In this document: positions 13,150 through 24,294 of the stretch, piece after piece
Layout of the letters: every line of letters begins with the position of its first letter
Position numbering within the stretch: the first letter of the stretch is position 1
Program-made: the position numbers and the translations under genes
The notes under the pieces: generated by a model
Databases searched by the model: none
What the model was told of the DNA's origin: nothing
The model's input: the letters and a program-made list of their open reading frames with translations, nothing else
Assembly (NCBI RefSeq): GCF_036365525.1
Contig: NC_090405.1
Location: 33,982,224-34,046,223, forward strand
DNA length: 64,000 nucleotides
Reading direction: 5' to 3'
DNA from: Heterodontus francisci
Lineage: Eukaryota

Positions 13150-14731
13150 CCTCACTGTCTCATGTTGTCGGAGCCAGTGACGTTTGCTGTATCCAGCCCG
13201 CTCAGCCATTTCTTGATATCAAGAGGAGTGAATCGAATTGACTGAAGACTGGCATCTGTGATGGTGAAAATCTCTTGCAGAGGCCAAGATGGATTATTCA
13301 CTTGACACTTCTGGTTTAAGGTGCTTGCAAACATTTGAGCCCTTTTTTTTTTTGCCCACCATCATTGAGGATAAGGATGTTCATGGAGCCTCCTCCTACC
13401 GATAGTTTTTAAATTTTCCACCACCATTCACAACTGGATGTGACAGGACTGCAAAGCTTTGATCTGATCCATTGGTTGTGGGATTGCTTAACTCTGTCTC
13501 TCTAGCATGTTGCTTCCGCTGTTTAGCAGGCATATAGTCCAATGTTGCAACTTCAGGTTGGCACTTCATTTTTAGGTATACCTGACACTGCTCCTAGCAT
13601 GCTCTCTCACATTCCTCATTGAACCAGGGTTGGTCACCTGGCTTGATGGTAATGGTCGAGTGAGAGGTATGTTAGGCTGTGACACTACAGATTGTGGTGG
13701 AATACAATTCTGCTGCTCATGGAGTTTTGAGCTGCTAGATCTGTTCAAAATCTATCTCATTTAGCATGGTGGTAGTGCCACACATCATGATGAAGGTGTC
13801 TTCAGTGTGAGGACAGGACATCATCTCCACAAGAACTGCGTGGTCACTTCTATCAATATTGTCATGGACAGATGCATCTGTAACAGGTAGATAGGTGAGG
13901 ACGAGGTCAAATAGGTTTCCCCTCCTTGTTAGTTCTCTCACCACCTGACTTGGCCAGCTTGGTCAGTAATGGTGCTACTGAGCCACTCTTGGTGATGGAA
14001 ATTGAAGTCCCGCACCCAGAGTACATTCTGTACCCTTGCTACTCTCAATACTTTTTTCAAATGGTGTTCAACATTGATTCATCAGCTGAGGGAGGGTGGT
14101 AGATGGTAATCAGCAGGAGGTTTTGCCTGTGTTTGGCCTGATGTCAGGGCCACTCCGTCCTGACTGTATACTATTTTGCCGCAACTTCTGTTGCGTCTGA
14201 CCTAGCGGTGGGACAGGGCATACCCAGGGATAGTGATTCTGAGAGTATGACTATGTCAGACTGTTGTTTGACAAGTCTGTGGGACCCCGTCCCAATTTTT
14301 CACAAGTGTCCAGATATTAGTGAGGAGGACTTTGCAGGGTTGCTTAGGCTGCATGTGAGTTTGTCATTTCCAGTGCCTTGGTTGATGCTCAGTCATCTGT
14401 CCAGCTTCATTCTTCTTCACATTTTCTGTAGCAGTTTGATACAACTTGCCATGTCATTTCAGAGGACATTGAAGAGTCAACTACATTTGGTCTGGGGTCA
14501 CATGTGGGCCACACCAGGTAAGGATGGCAGATTTCCTTTCCTGAAGGGCATTAGGAAGTTGGATAGGTTTTTATGACAATCTGGTAGTTTCACAATCTAG
14601 ATTTGCTTTTTATTCCAGATTCATTTAATTGAATTTAAATTGCCCTGGCTGCAGTGATGAGATTTGAACTCATGTCTCCAGAGCTGTAGTTACTCTGGGT
14701 TACTAACCCACTAACATTACCACTGTGCTAC
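13150..14731 (-). mobile_element. CR1-group (L2/Crack/Daphne-like) LINE 5' part with tRNA-like head
   Basis: APE remnants (NLFDLVLT, DRSDHAVL) and pre-RT remnants (FTPLDIKKWLSGLDT); A/B-box-like head at about 14650-14731. Confidence 0.7.
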
Positions 14732-14957
14732 TTTCTTCAGCCCCATGCCTATGCTGTCACTTTTCCTTTATTTCCAACACCAGCCCAAGTCTTTATGTAC
14801 CTTTATGTGGGTTCTTATGCTTAACGTGTTGCCATTTGCATCTAATTTATTTTCATGTTAAACATCAATTGTTCTGTTTGGTCTGAAAGTGTTACTTGTC
14901 CCCCTTCTGCTGCCAGAAATTGTTACAGTTTGGGCTCTCTTTTTCTCTCTCTCCTTT

Positions 14958-14986
14958 CCCCCCCCCCCCCCCCCCCCCCCCCCCCC
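14958..14986. repeat. Poly-C tract (29 nt)
   Basis: Directly visible homopolymer. Confidence 0.95.
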
Positions 14987-15829
14987 ACCCAACATCAACA
15001 CCTTTAATTAACATGTCTCCCTTCCTCTAACACATCTCCTATGAGCTGAAGCCTCGGCTGCATTTTAATTACAATAGATCACTTTTCACATCATCCTATG
15101 GCCCAGGTTTTTTGGTTGTAATATTTACAGTGGTGCTGAAATCCTAAATCTAGGAATTCTGCAATAACCAAATTTAATTGCACAAATAGTAGTTTGGGAG
15201 AATGGCTGGAGCTGGATTTCGAGGAGGCACTATACCATATTCCTAACAAAAACAGGTAGGTGGTAGAACTGTAGTTATCTATGTATTTGTTAAAAATCTT
15301 ATGTCTGCATTAACTTACCACCATGGAATTCCTTGGTGAAAGAGAATAACTGAAGTTTGAAAGGCAGATCCTATTCTAAATGTAAGCATAGGAATTTATA
15401 GTGAAAATATAAAAATGTTGGAAACTAGGACTTCAAAATAGGGACTGGATTATGTTTGCATGTTCTGGTCCACTTAGCCTCCATCCTTTAACCTTGCTTC
15501 ACCTGAGCACTACATATGGATCGTGACTCCGTGTGTAATACCACAGGCAATGGACTTGTATTAAAAGTCTTGTTTGATAACTCTCTCTTGTAAAGTGTCT
15601 TGGGATGTTTTACTGCATTAAAGGTGCTATGCAAATGCACATTGTTACTCTTGTGTGAGCTCAGTTCCTGTCCACAAACTTCACTTCCTGTTGTCATAAG
15701 TTTTGGTCATACTTTTTACGTCAAAAATGCCTACACACTTGGTTATAATGGGAATTCCGTATGTAGAGATAGACCTGGTAACACCTGTAGTTGGTGGTTG
15801 TAACCAGCTGGCTCCACTGTATCCTTTAA

Positions 15830-16207
15830 TAGTATGTGGGCATCGCGAGCAAGGCCAGCATTTGTTGCCCATCCCTGATTTTCCTTGAACTGAGTGGCTT
15901 GCTAAGCCATTTCAGATGGCAGTTAAGAGTCAACCACATTACTGTGGGTCTGGAGTCACATGTAGGCCAGACCAGGTAAGGAAGGCAGATTTAGTTCCAT
16001 AAAGGACATTAGTGAACCACGTGCATTTTTACAACAATCGATGATAGTTTCATGGCACCATTACTGACAGTATAATTCAGTTCCAGATTTTTAAAATCAA
16101 TTTATTAAAAAATTGAATTTAAATTCTACCAACTGCCATGAAGGGATTTAAACCCATGTCTCCAGGGCATTAGCCTACTAGCTCAGTGAGATTACCACTA
16201 CACCACC
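15830..16207 (-). mobile_element. tRNA-headed SINE sharing head and tail with the CR1-group LINE
   Basis: A box tggtgtagtgg, B box ggtttaaatcc, tail gggatgggcaacaaatgctggcc...gcccacat. Confidence 0.8.
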
Positions 16208-16292
16208 ATCTCCCCATATAATTTTATCCTTGAACACACTGAGCAATTGCATAGGAGATCAACTAAACAAAAAAATAATTGCTTAACCATTA

Positions 16293-16705
16293 TTAGCTGT
16301 GGCTCGGAGGATAGCACTCTCACCTCACAGTCAGAAGGTTGTGGGTTCAATTCCCACTCCAGAGTATAAAATCCAGGCTGGTAATTCAATGCAGTACTGA
16401 GGCAGTGCTGCACTGTCAGAAATGCTGTCTTATTGAAGAGCATTAAGTCAGTCCTGTCTTCCTCCTCAAGTGGGTGTGAAAGATCCCATGACACCCCTCA
16501 AAGAACAGCAAGGGAATTCTCCTGTTGTCGTGGCCACGATTTATCAAATGATCTGGTCATTGATGTTTTTAGGAGCTTGCTGTTTGCAAATTGGCTGCCA
16601 TGTTTCCTATATTACAACAGTGACTACATTTCAAAAATACTTTATTGACTATAAAGTGGTTTGGGACATCATAAGGTTGTGAAGGGTACTTTAGAAATGC
16701 ACGTT
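16293..16705 (+). mobile_element. Deu-domain SINE
   Basis: Head ggctcggaggatagc...ggttcaattccc, Deu core and tail; ends just before the exon acceptor. Confidence 0.75.
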
Positions 16706-16724
16706 TGTTCTTCCTTATTTTCAG

Positions 16725-16847
16725 AAATGCGCAGCAGTGGTTCTGTTGGTGAATGGCCTGGTACTAAGAAATGGGTTGAGGACGGTTACTGGGAGCTCAA
16801 ACCAAAGCGGAAAACTCAGTCTGATGAAGCTGTTGAGCAGTTTTACA
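16725..16847 (+). CDS. Exon of unidentified gene (EMRSSGSVGEWPGTKKWVEDGYWELKPKRKTQSDEAVEQFY)
   Basis: Acceptor ttcttccttattttcag, donor gtaagt, 123 nt, phase 1-1, open frame. Confidence 0.7.
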
Positions 16848-17002
16848 GTAAGTGAAATTTGTTTGACCTAATCTACGATTTAATGTTGCAGCACCCGATT
16901 CCATTTTAAGTGTAGTTCAGCACAGTTGTTTTTTTAAACTTCAATTATTTTGTTGAATGTCAATGATTCCGACTGGTTCTTTTCCTTATTTTTAATACTC
17001 AG

Positions 17003-17088
17003 ATATTGTGAAGGAATGCAGAGAGCTCAACAGTAAGGCTGCTGACATCATTGCAAAAACAGAAAGGACACTATGCACTATTAAGTAA
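17003..17088 (+). CDS. Terminal coding exon of unidentified gene (NIVKECRELNSKAADIIAKTERTLCTIK*)
   Basis: Acceptor ccttatttttaatactcag, in frame with the previous exon, TAA at 17086-17088, AATAAA at 17183. Confidence 0.7.
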
Positions 17089-17182
17089 ACTGAGCATCAC
17101 AGACAATAGGCACAGTTATCTACAGATACTCGAGGAATACTGCAACTGAAGCCTAGCCAGCAACGCCCACATCCCATGAATG

Positions 17183-17188
17183 AATAAA
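17183..17188 (+). terminator. Candidate poly(A) signal inside a LINE/SINE tail remnant
   Basis: AATAAA within gccagcaacgcccacatcccatgaatgaataaa, about 95 nt after the stop. Confidence 0.45.
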
Positions 17189-17774
17189 TTTTTAAAAACT
17201 TCTCTTACTAAAATGGATTTTTTTAAATTAGAAAATCTCTAATGAAACCAAAGAAAGGGACGATCCCTTTAACTGCAGGTTGTTTTCTGTACAAATCTTT
17301 GGGTGGGATATTTACCTGCCCAAAGACATGAAAATAGAAGAATCGTGTAAACCAAGGAAGATGTCTAAACTGCATGCATTGAAATGTTTCTCTACCTCAC
17401 TTTCAGCAGACAGGATTGCCTCCTGTTAGTTTTACACTTTCTAGACCCTTGTACTGTTAATTCACCTCTTTTAAGTCATTGAGTCCTGTAAAACCCAAAC
17501 ATGTTTTTTATTATGCCCCACATTTTTAAGATTGACAATTTATCTGAATTGAACCATTCACGTTTATATCTGTTGCGACTAAATAAACAGCAGTTTATAG
17601 CTGTTTGCCTCTGTTGTGGTGTATTTTAAAATACTACACCCATATTAAGCTGTGTATCCATGATTAGATGACTGCAATACTAAACCATTAAAATGCGCAT
17701 TTATTTCCCAAAGGGTGCTGCGGAAAACAAATCTCCATTATGGGACCTTTAAAGCCAATTTACTCAAATTATAC

Positions 17775-18385
17775 CAAAGCAAAAATACTGAAGTCTGAAA
17801 TAAAAACAGAAAATGCTAGAAATACTCAGCAGGTCTGGCAGTATCTGTGGAGAGAGAGAGAGTTAACAATTGAAGTCAATGACCTTTTTGTCCTAACTGT
17901 TCTAATAAGTCAAGCAAAAACCAACAATATCTGAGCATGACGGGCCCCCCCTTTTTTATTTTGTTGTTTTTTCTTTTTTATGTGTTTGTTTTATTTCAAT
18001 TTGTTTCTACTGTGCCTACCCACTGTTTGTTTCATGTTTGTGCTTGGGGACAGGCTGTTCAGTTTTCTGTCAATTAATATCCTCTCTGTACTAATGCTTT
18101 GTCTTTCACCATACCGTTTGCCTTTGCTCCTTGACCACCTGGTCAGTTATCCTCTGTGACCTTGTCCTATCAACACCTCTTTTGTTATCTCTTGCTCCAC
18201 CCCTGCTTTACTTGCTTAAAACCTATTGCATTTCTTGCTCTGCCAGTTCTGATGAAGGGCCACTGACCTGAAACATTAACTCTGCTTCTCTCTCCACAGA
18301 TGCTGCCGGACCTGCTGAGTATTTCCAGCATTTCTTGTTTTTATTTCAGATTTCCAGCATCTGCAGTATTTTGCTTTTATTTTAA
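17775..18385. mobile_element. Penelope-like element terminal repeats in inverted arrangement
   Basis: 17775-17900 is the reverse complement of 18244-18380; same tail as the GIY-YIG element ending at 50330. Confidence 0.75.
18244..18284 (+). ncRNA. Minimal hammerhead ribozyme motif in PLE repeat (degenerate)
   Basis: cagtt-CTGATGA-agggc cact gacct-GAAAC-att-a-act: catalytic core boxes flanking a stem II. Confidence 0.6.
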
Positions 18386-19164
18386 TATCAAAAAGCTGGT
18401 GAGCTTCCTAAATCCCACTTTGCGATTTAGGGCTAATTGAAGGCAGTTGCTTCATTGATGGATCAAATGATGTCTTAAATCAGAAGGACAAAGTTTTGTT
18501 GGCTTATAACCATTATCTGATCTCCAAGAAGATATGCTTTCAGTGCCTTTTCTAACCTTCTTAGAATTATTTTGACCCTCAATCACTCTCATGGGTTAGT
18601 CACAGCTCCCTAAATTTTCAAGAGATTCAATTCTTGTTTTGAGGTCCAGCTAAGCTTTCAGTAGAGTGTCTGAGCAGAAAAGTAAAGTGCAAACTATGTT
18701 TGGCAAGTGCTTTTGACTATTGGACATGTGCCTCTAAAAGATCCAGTATTCGAAAGCAGTCGAGCTTTTTGTTTGGCTGTGTTTTAAGTTTAAGATACTA
18801 GGTAAGTATTTTACAAAAGATGACAAGTGCATAAGTAACAGTCACGTTCTATATTTATAGTAGACAACCTTCCACCTAACTCGAGGGGATAAAATAAAGA
18901 GCTTGGATAACTCTATATAAAAATAACTTGTAAACTGTTCCCTTAACTTGAGTTTTTTTTTAACCACCGTCAGAGACTAATTAAATTATTTTGTGGAAAT
19001 TCATCATGATTTTTTCTCACTGGGGTTTCAAAGTGTTGATTCTTTGCAAACTGACTCAAACAGACTCATCATTTTAAACACCTGATTAGCTCATCCATCA
19101 ATCTTTTATACAAGTGACGACAAGCCAGGTTTATGCAATTTATCCTCAATTTAACCCTTTAATT

Positions 19165-19192
19165 CCCCCCCCCCCCCCCCCCCCCCCCCCCC
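19165..19192. repeat. Poly-C tract (28 nt)
   Basis: Directly visible, within a CR1 fragment. Confidence 0.95.
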
Positions 19193-19194
19193 GC

Positions 19195-19650
19195 AACCTG
19201 CACCTCCGAGTATAATTCTGGTGAATCTGCACTGTATCTCTTCCAAGGCCAATATGTCTTTTCTGAGGTTCAGTGTCCAGAATTGAACACAGTACTCCAG
19301 ATGGGGTCTAACCAAGGCTCCATACAATTGAGATATCACTTCCTCTTCTTTGTATTCAGCTTCCTTCAGATAAAGGTCAATGTTCCATTAGCCTTTGATT
19401 ACATTTTGTACATGTCTACTACCTTTAAAGAATTTGTGTACTTTGACTTCCAAATTCCTTTGCTTCTCCAGTTTGTGGTCTCTCACCATTTTAAAATTAT
19501 TCTGAATTGTCTTGAATGCAAAGTGGATGACCTTTGCACTTCCCCATTTTCAACTGTTTTGCCCACTTAATTAATCTGTCTATGTCCCTTTGTAACTTCC
19601 TGCTGCCATCAGCGCAACTTACTCTGTTTCCTAACTTCTTGTCTTAGTTC
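19195..19650 (-). mobile_element. CR1 LINE fragment
   Basis: [17 protein letters not shown] motif. Confidence 0.85.
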
Positions 19651-20534
19651 AATTACATTTAACAGAAACGTAGAAAGATTTATGGCACAGAAGGAGGCCA
19701 TTCAGTCCATTGTCTATGCGCTGGAATGTATAGGCTGTGATGTGTTTATTATTAAATCTGTAATGTCTATTTTGTTCAAATTAGAACAACAATTTTTGGT
19801 GATTGCACTACCTGTTAGTTTTTTGGGTTTTAAATGTTAGACATTCTCCTTGGCTTCAACATTACTGAGTGTTGCCTTGGGTAAACCTCCCCTTTGCTGC
19901 CTAATATCTAGGTAAACATAGTGATCCCAGAGGTTTCACAGAGTACCCTTTACCATTACACTCCAGTTTATTCAATTATATCATATGTTGCCATGTGATC
20001 TCCTTGACTTCAGAAAGTGGAAGAATGTATAGCCTATCAGACTGGCTCTGCCTATAGACCAGCAGACAAAATTTATTTAACGTTAAACATGTGCATAAAC
20101 AGGTCTCCGTTCAAACAGGATATTTATAGTCACAACCTTTACTATTCTTGAAATGTCAGAACAACACTTTTTCTGTGCTAACTGTTGACATTAAACTGAC
20201 CCTTAAAGCAAATATTTAACTAGCTTTTGTGCCACAGATAGATATTAATTCATTGGCCTCCCAGACTATATTTTCTCCACACCTTGCAGAAACAGCTACC
20301 AGTAACGATTTAAACACTTTGTGGTCTATGCAGGAAAGAATCTAATAACTAATACATCGTAAACAAAGATAGCTTTTGTTTTTGTCCAGCTAAATATTGG
20401 TGATTCTATTGCCTCTGCCACCAAGAATGTAATACTGCTCGTCCAAAATTTCACACATATAATTTATTAATGGCGCAGTTGGTAATTAATGAGGAAAATT
20501 ACTTTGTCAGCATTTTTTTTAAGGAAAGGAAATG

Positions 20535-20835
20535 GGGAAGGAGGATCAGTGACCAGAGAACACTGATTTAAGATAAATGACAAAAGAACCAGAGGGGAGA
20601 TGAAAATTGTTTTTACGCAGCCTGTTGTTATAATCTGGAATGTGGTGCTTGAAAAGGTGGTGGAAGCAGATATGATAGTAACTTTCAATGGGGAATTGGA
20701 TAAATACTTGAATGGAAGAATTTGCAGGGTTATGGAGAAAGTGCAGCGGACTGGGACTAATTGTTAGCTCTTTTAGGGAACCTGCGTAGTCACAATGGGC
20801 TGAATGGCCTCCTCCTGTGCTGTATGATTCTATGA
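20535..20835 (+). mobile_element. CR1 LINE 3' tail
   Basis: Ends gggctgaatggcctcctcctgtgctgtatgattctatga. Confidence 0.7.
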
Positions 20836-21994
20836 AATTTCAATTGTAACACTGGTGAGTGCTTAATCTGAGTATATGATAGGGAGGGAGAATCCTCGTC
20901 CACTGGGAGCACATGCTGGAAAATCACCGCCATCAGATTGCAAGAAACGAGTGGTGTGCCACAGTTTCCCAGCTTGTACTGGTGATGGTGCCCTGCCACC
21001 AGCATAAAGATGTTGCCCCCAGTGGCCCTCTGTAATGGGGAGTTGCTTCAAAAAATTGCTAAAAAATTAAGCCCATCAGTCTGATAGAGGTCTCCCGGTC
21101 CCTCCTCTGGCCCACCTGGCTTCGAACCAGTGGATTCCACTGTTTATGCTGCAGTGTGTAATATAAAAGCTCATGGAATAACTGGCCCTGGTGCTGAATG
21201 AAATGATTTCCCCAGGATGTTGTCACCACTTCTTACATTATTACACTGTAAATATCTCTTGGATGTGGTTGGTGTTAGTGTCAGGGCTTTTATTCTAGAT
21301 ATTCCACTTAGTTAAGCATCCCCTATGAACCAGAGCGTGTCTTTACTCTCCCAATATTTGGGTAAATTTAGTGAGGCCTTAGATACTGTTCTACTGTTCA
21401 TCAGCTAATGGAATATACTATATGACTCCATATGATCGAGTCTTGGGAAGGTGGAAGGATACACACTCAGACCCAGGCTCTGCAGTTACTACCTTTATTA
21501 TTCATCTTTGATAGCTTGATTCATTGATCTGTACCAATTACTTATGGTGACCTGTTAGGCCTCAATCCCAGCATTATGTGAACAAACAAACCAAGGCTTT
21601 ACTAAACTACACTTGTTTCTGCATTGCCCTGAGGTCCAAATATTAGCCAGACTATAATGTAAATTCCCTGCAATCTGCAGAATCAGTTAGCAGATCTTAA
21701 CTCTGCATGCATTGTGGCAGACAATTAGAAATTCAACATATAATGAAGCCAAACATACTTCACTTTTTGACACAGGTACAATTAGGTAAACGTACCCGAG
21801 GGAACATCAAAACTCTCCGTACCATTAAAACTCTGACATCAGAGCACAGATTGTGGATGCTCTACCACTGTCTATGTCACTGAGTAAGCAGAGGATTGTA
21901 GTGATCAAGGTCATTTTCTGTGCAGACTGCAAATAAGAGAGAAATCATGCCCTGCGCCCAAATGTGATATTAATTGTTCCCATCAACTGTGGAA

Positions 21995-22505
21995 AAGCTT
22001 GAACAGGCTGGGGTTCTTCTCTCTTGAAAAGGGAAGAAGTGATAGAGGTCTTTAAGATATGTAAAGGGTTTGATAGGGTAGAGAGATGTTTCCACTTGAG
22101 GGGGAGATAGAGGAACAGGAGGAGGTCATTTAACTCCTCAAGCCTGTTCGGCTGTTCAATGAAATCATGGCTAATCTGCGACCTAACTCCTTATATGGCC
22201 TTTGTCCCATATCCCTTAATACCTTTGGCCAACAAAAATGTATCCATTTCAGTTTTAAAATGGACAATTGGTCAATTGCCGTTTATGGAAAAGTGTTTCA
22301 AGCTACTACCGCTGTTGGTGTGAAGAAGCATTTCCTAATTTCATTCCTGAAAGGTCTGGCTCTAATTTTTAGAGGAGCCACCCCCACCCCCACCCCGTTC
22401 TAGACTCAAGTCGTGGCAATAGTTTCTCCCAATCTACCCTCTGTTCCCCTTAATATCAAGAAAATTTCAATCAAATCACCCCCAAACCTTCTAAGTTCCA
22501 GCTTG
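21995..22505. mobile_element. CR1 3' fragments in both orientations
   Basis: + fragment at about 21995-22105; - tail at about 22105-22505. Confidence 0.6.
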
Positions 22506-22814
22506 CTTAACACAAAAGATTACACAGAGAGGGTGAGATGAAGAGGGGTGGGAGCAGGCTCATGTGCAGCATAAAACATTGGTATAGACCAGGTGGCTAA
22601 ATTGCCACTTTGTATTGTAAATACTATTGTAATCAGACACTCTAACAGCATGCCACAACATGCAGTTATTTCTGGAAAGTCCATTTGTTTCGATCAGCTG
22701 TGTCCAATTTTCCAGCTCTGAACTTAATAATGGAAATCCTGTAAGGGGGTGGCAGAGGGCAGGTGCAGAGAGAGCTGAGTTATATTAAACTATGTTGATG
22801 CATAATTGGTGCTT

Positions 22815-23470
22815 GTCAGTTCAACATTTTTTATTGACTTCGTAGCGTTTAGGTACAACAGAGTGGCTTGCTAGGCCATTTTAGAGGGCATGTAAGAGTT
22901 AACTACATTGCTGTGGGTCTGGAGTCACATGTAGGCCAGACCAGGTAAGGAGAGCAGATTTCCTTCCCTAAAGGCCATTAGTGAACCAGATGGGTTTTTA
23001 CAACAATCAACAACAGTTTCATTTCCATCATTAGACTAGCTTTTAATTCCAGATTTATTAATTAAATTCAAATTCCACCTTCTGCTGTGGTGGGATTCTA
23101 ACCCATGTCTCCAGATCAATACCCTGGGTCTCTGGGTTACTAGTCCAGTGATAATGCCACCGCACCAAGGCTCCTTAGATAGCACCTTCCAAACCTGCGA
23201 CCTCTACCACCTCGGAGGACAAGAGCAGCAGATGCAAGTTCCCCTTCAATCCACACACCATCCTGACTTGGAACTATATCGCTGTTCCTTCACTGTTGCT
23301 GGGTCAAATCCTGGAATTCCCTTCCTAACAGCACTATGGGTGTACCTACCTCACATGGACTGCAGCGGTTGAAGAAGGCAGCTCACCACCACCTTCTCAA
23401 GGGTAATTAGGGATGGGCAATAAATGCTGGCCTGGCCAGCGACACCCACATCCCATGAATGAGTTTTTTA
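22815..23470. mobile_element. CR1-group element with inverted 5' head (22815-23162, -) joined to 3' tail (23163-23470, +)
   Basis: Left part matches 14410-14731; right part matches the tails at 36740-37055 and 50465-50790. Confidence 0.75.
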
Positions 23471-23494
23471 AAAATCTTCTGCTGCTACCTTGAC

Positions 23495-23723
23495 TTGAAA
23501 GGGGGCGGGACCAGGTGGCTCTGATTGATGGGATGGGGCTTACGTAGTGGTGTCTGATTGGCAGGAGCTAAGGCCTATGGGATCAAAGGATGCCTTTCAT
23601 TGGCAGGAGCCTAATCCTATTATAGCAAAGGGGCGGGACAAAGTCGGAAGCGTGTCTTTGATTGGTAGAAGTCTGGTTCTATAGTAACGGCGGCGGGGCG
23701 AGGTTGGGTCGTGTAGGGTGAAG
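23495..23723 (+). promoter_or_regulatory. IDH3A: IDH3A TATA-less CpG-rich promoter and 5' UTR
   Basis: GC boxes (ggggcggga) near 23502 and 23630, ATTGG boxes at 23557, 23599 and 23661, ETS-type cggaag at 23645, YY1-like aagatggc over the ATG; CpG-rich through intron 1. Confidence 0.75.
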
Positions 23724-23750
23724 ATGGCTGTTGGTTTGTGGCGAATAACG
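23724..23750 (+). CDS. IDH3A: IDH3A exon 1 (MAVGLWRIT)
   Basis: ATG in context aagATGg, 27 nt, donor gtgaga; start of a mitochondrial presequence. Confidence 0.88.
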
Positions 23751-23999
23751 GTGAGAGGAGCCGGGGCCTGGGGCTTTCCCGCGGTTGAGCTGTGCTGTGA
23801 GGCGGGTGGCCGGGGTGATGCCGGCTCCGCATGGGCGCCGGTGCGGGCGGAAGAGAAGCTGCCGCGTGCTAATTGCGGAAGGTGGGCGGGGAGTGTTGGT
23901 AGCAGGCCTGTCCTGGGGCCTAATTATGCATGTGGGGTCGAGGGATGGGTCGGGGGCTGGTGAAGTCAAGCTGACTTTTCTCCCGTTCTGTTTCCACAG

Positions 24000-24059
24000 G
24001 TTTCCCGTCTGTTGGGAGCGGTGAAGAGCCACAGCCCAGTCTCCAGGAGTCTGTCTGAT
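24000..24059 (+). CDS. IDH3A: IDH3A exon 2 (VSRLLGAVKSHSPVSRSLSD)
   Basis: VSRLLGA matches vertebrate IDH3A; acceptor ttccacag, donor gttagt (alternative in-frame donor after 24071). Confidence 0.85.
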
Positions 24060-24294
24060 GTTAGTATCCAGGTCACGGTGACCTCCTCACACATCCCCCT
24101 TGCGGCTGCTGTATGGTTTATACGGTGTGATATTCTCTCTAATGGTGATATATTCACCAGCACGTTGTATTAACCTGCTACTGGTCCCCAGCTACCCTTT
24201 CAAAGCAGCAGGTAGTCCAGGCCCTTCTATGCTTTGCAGACCTGACTGCAAAGAAAATCATGGCAGTGTTTTAAGCCTGTGTGCCAGTTCTTTA

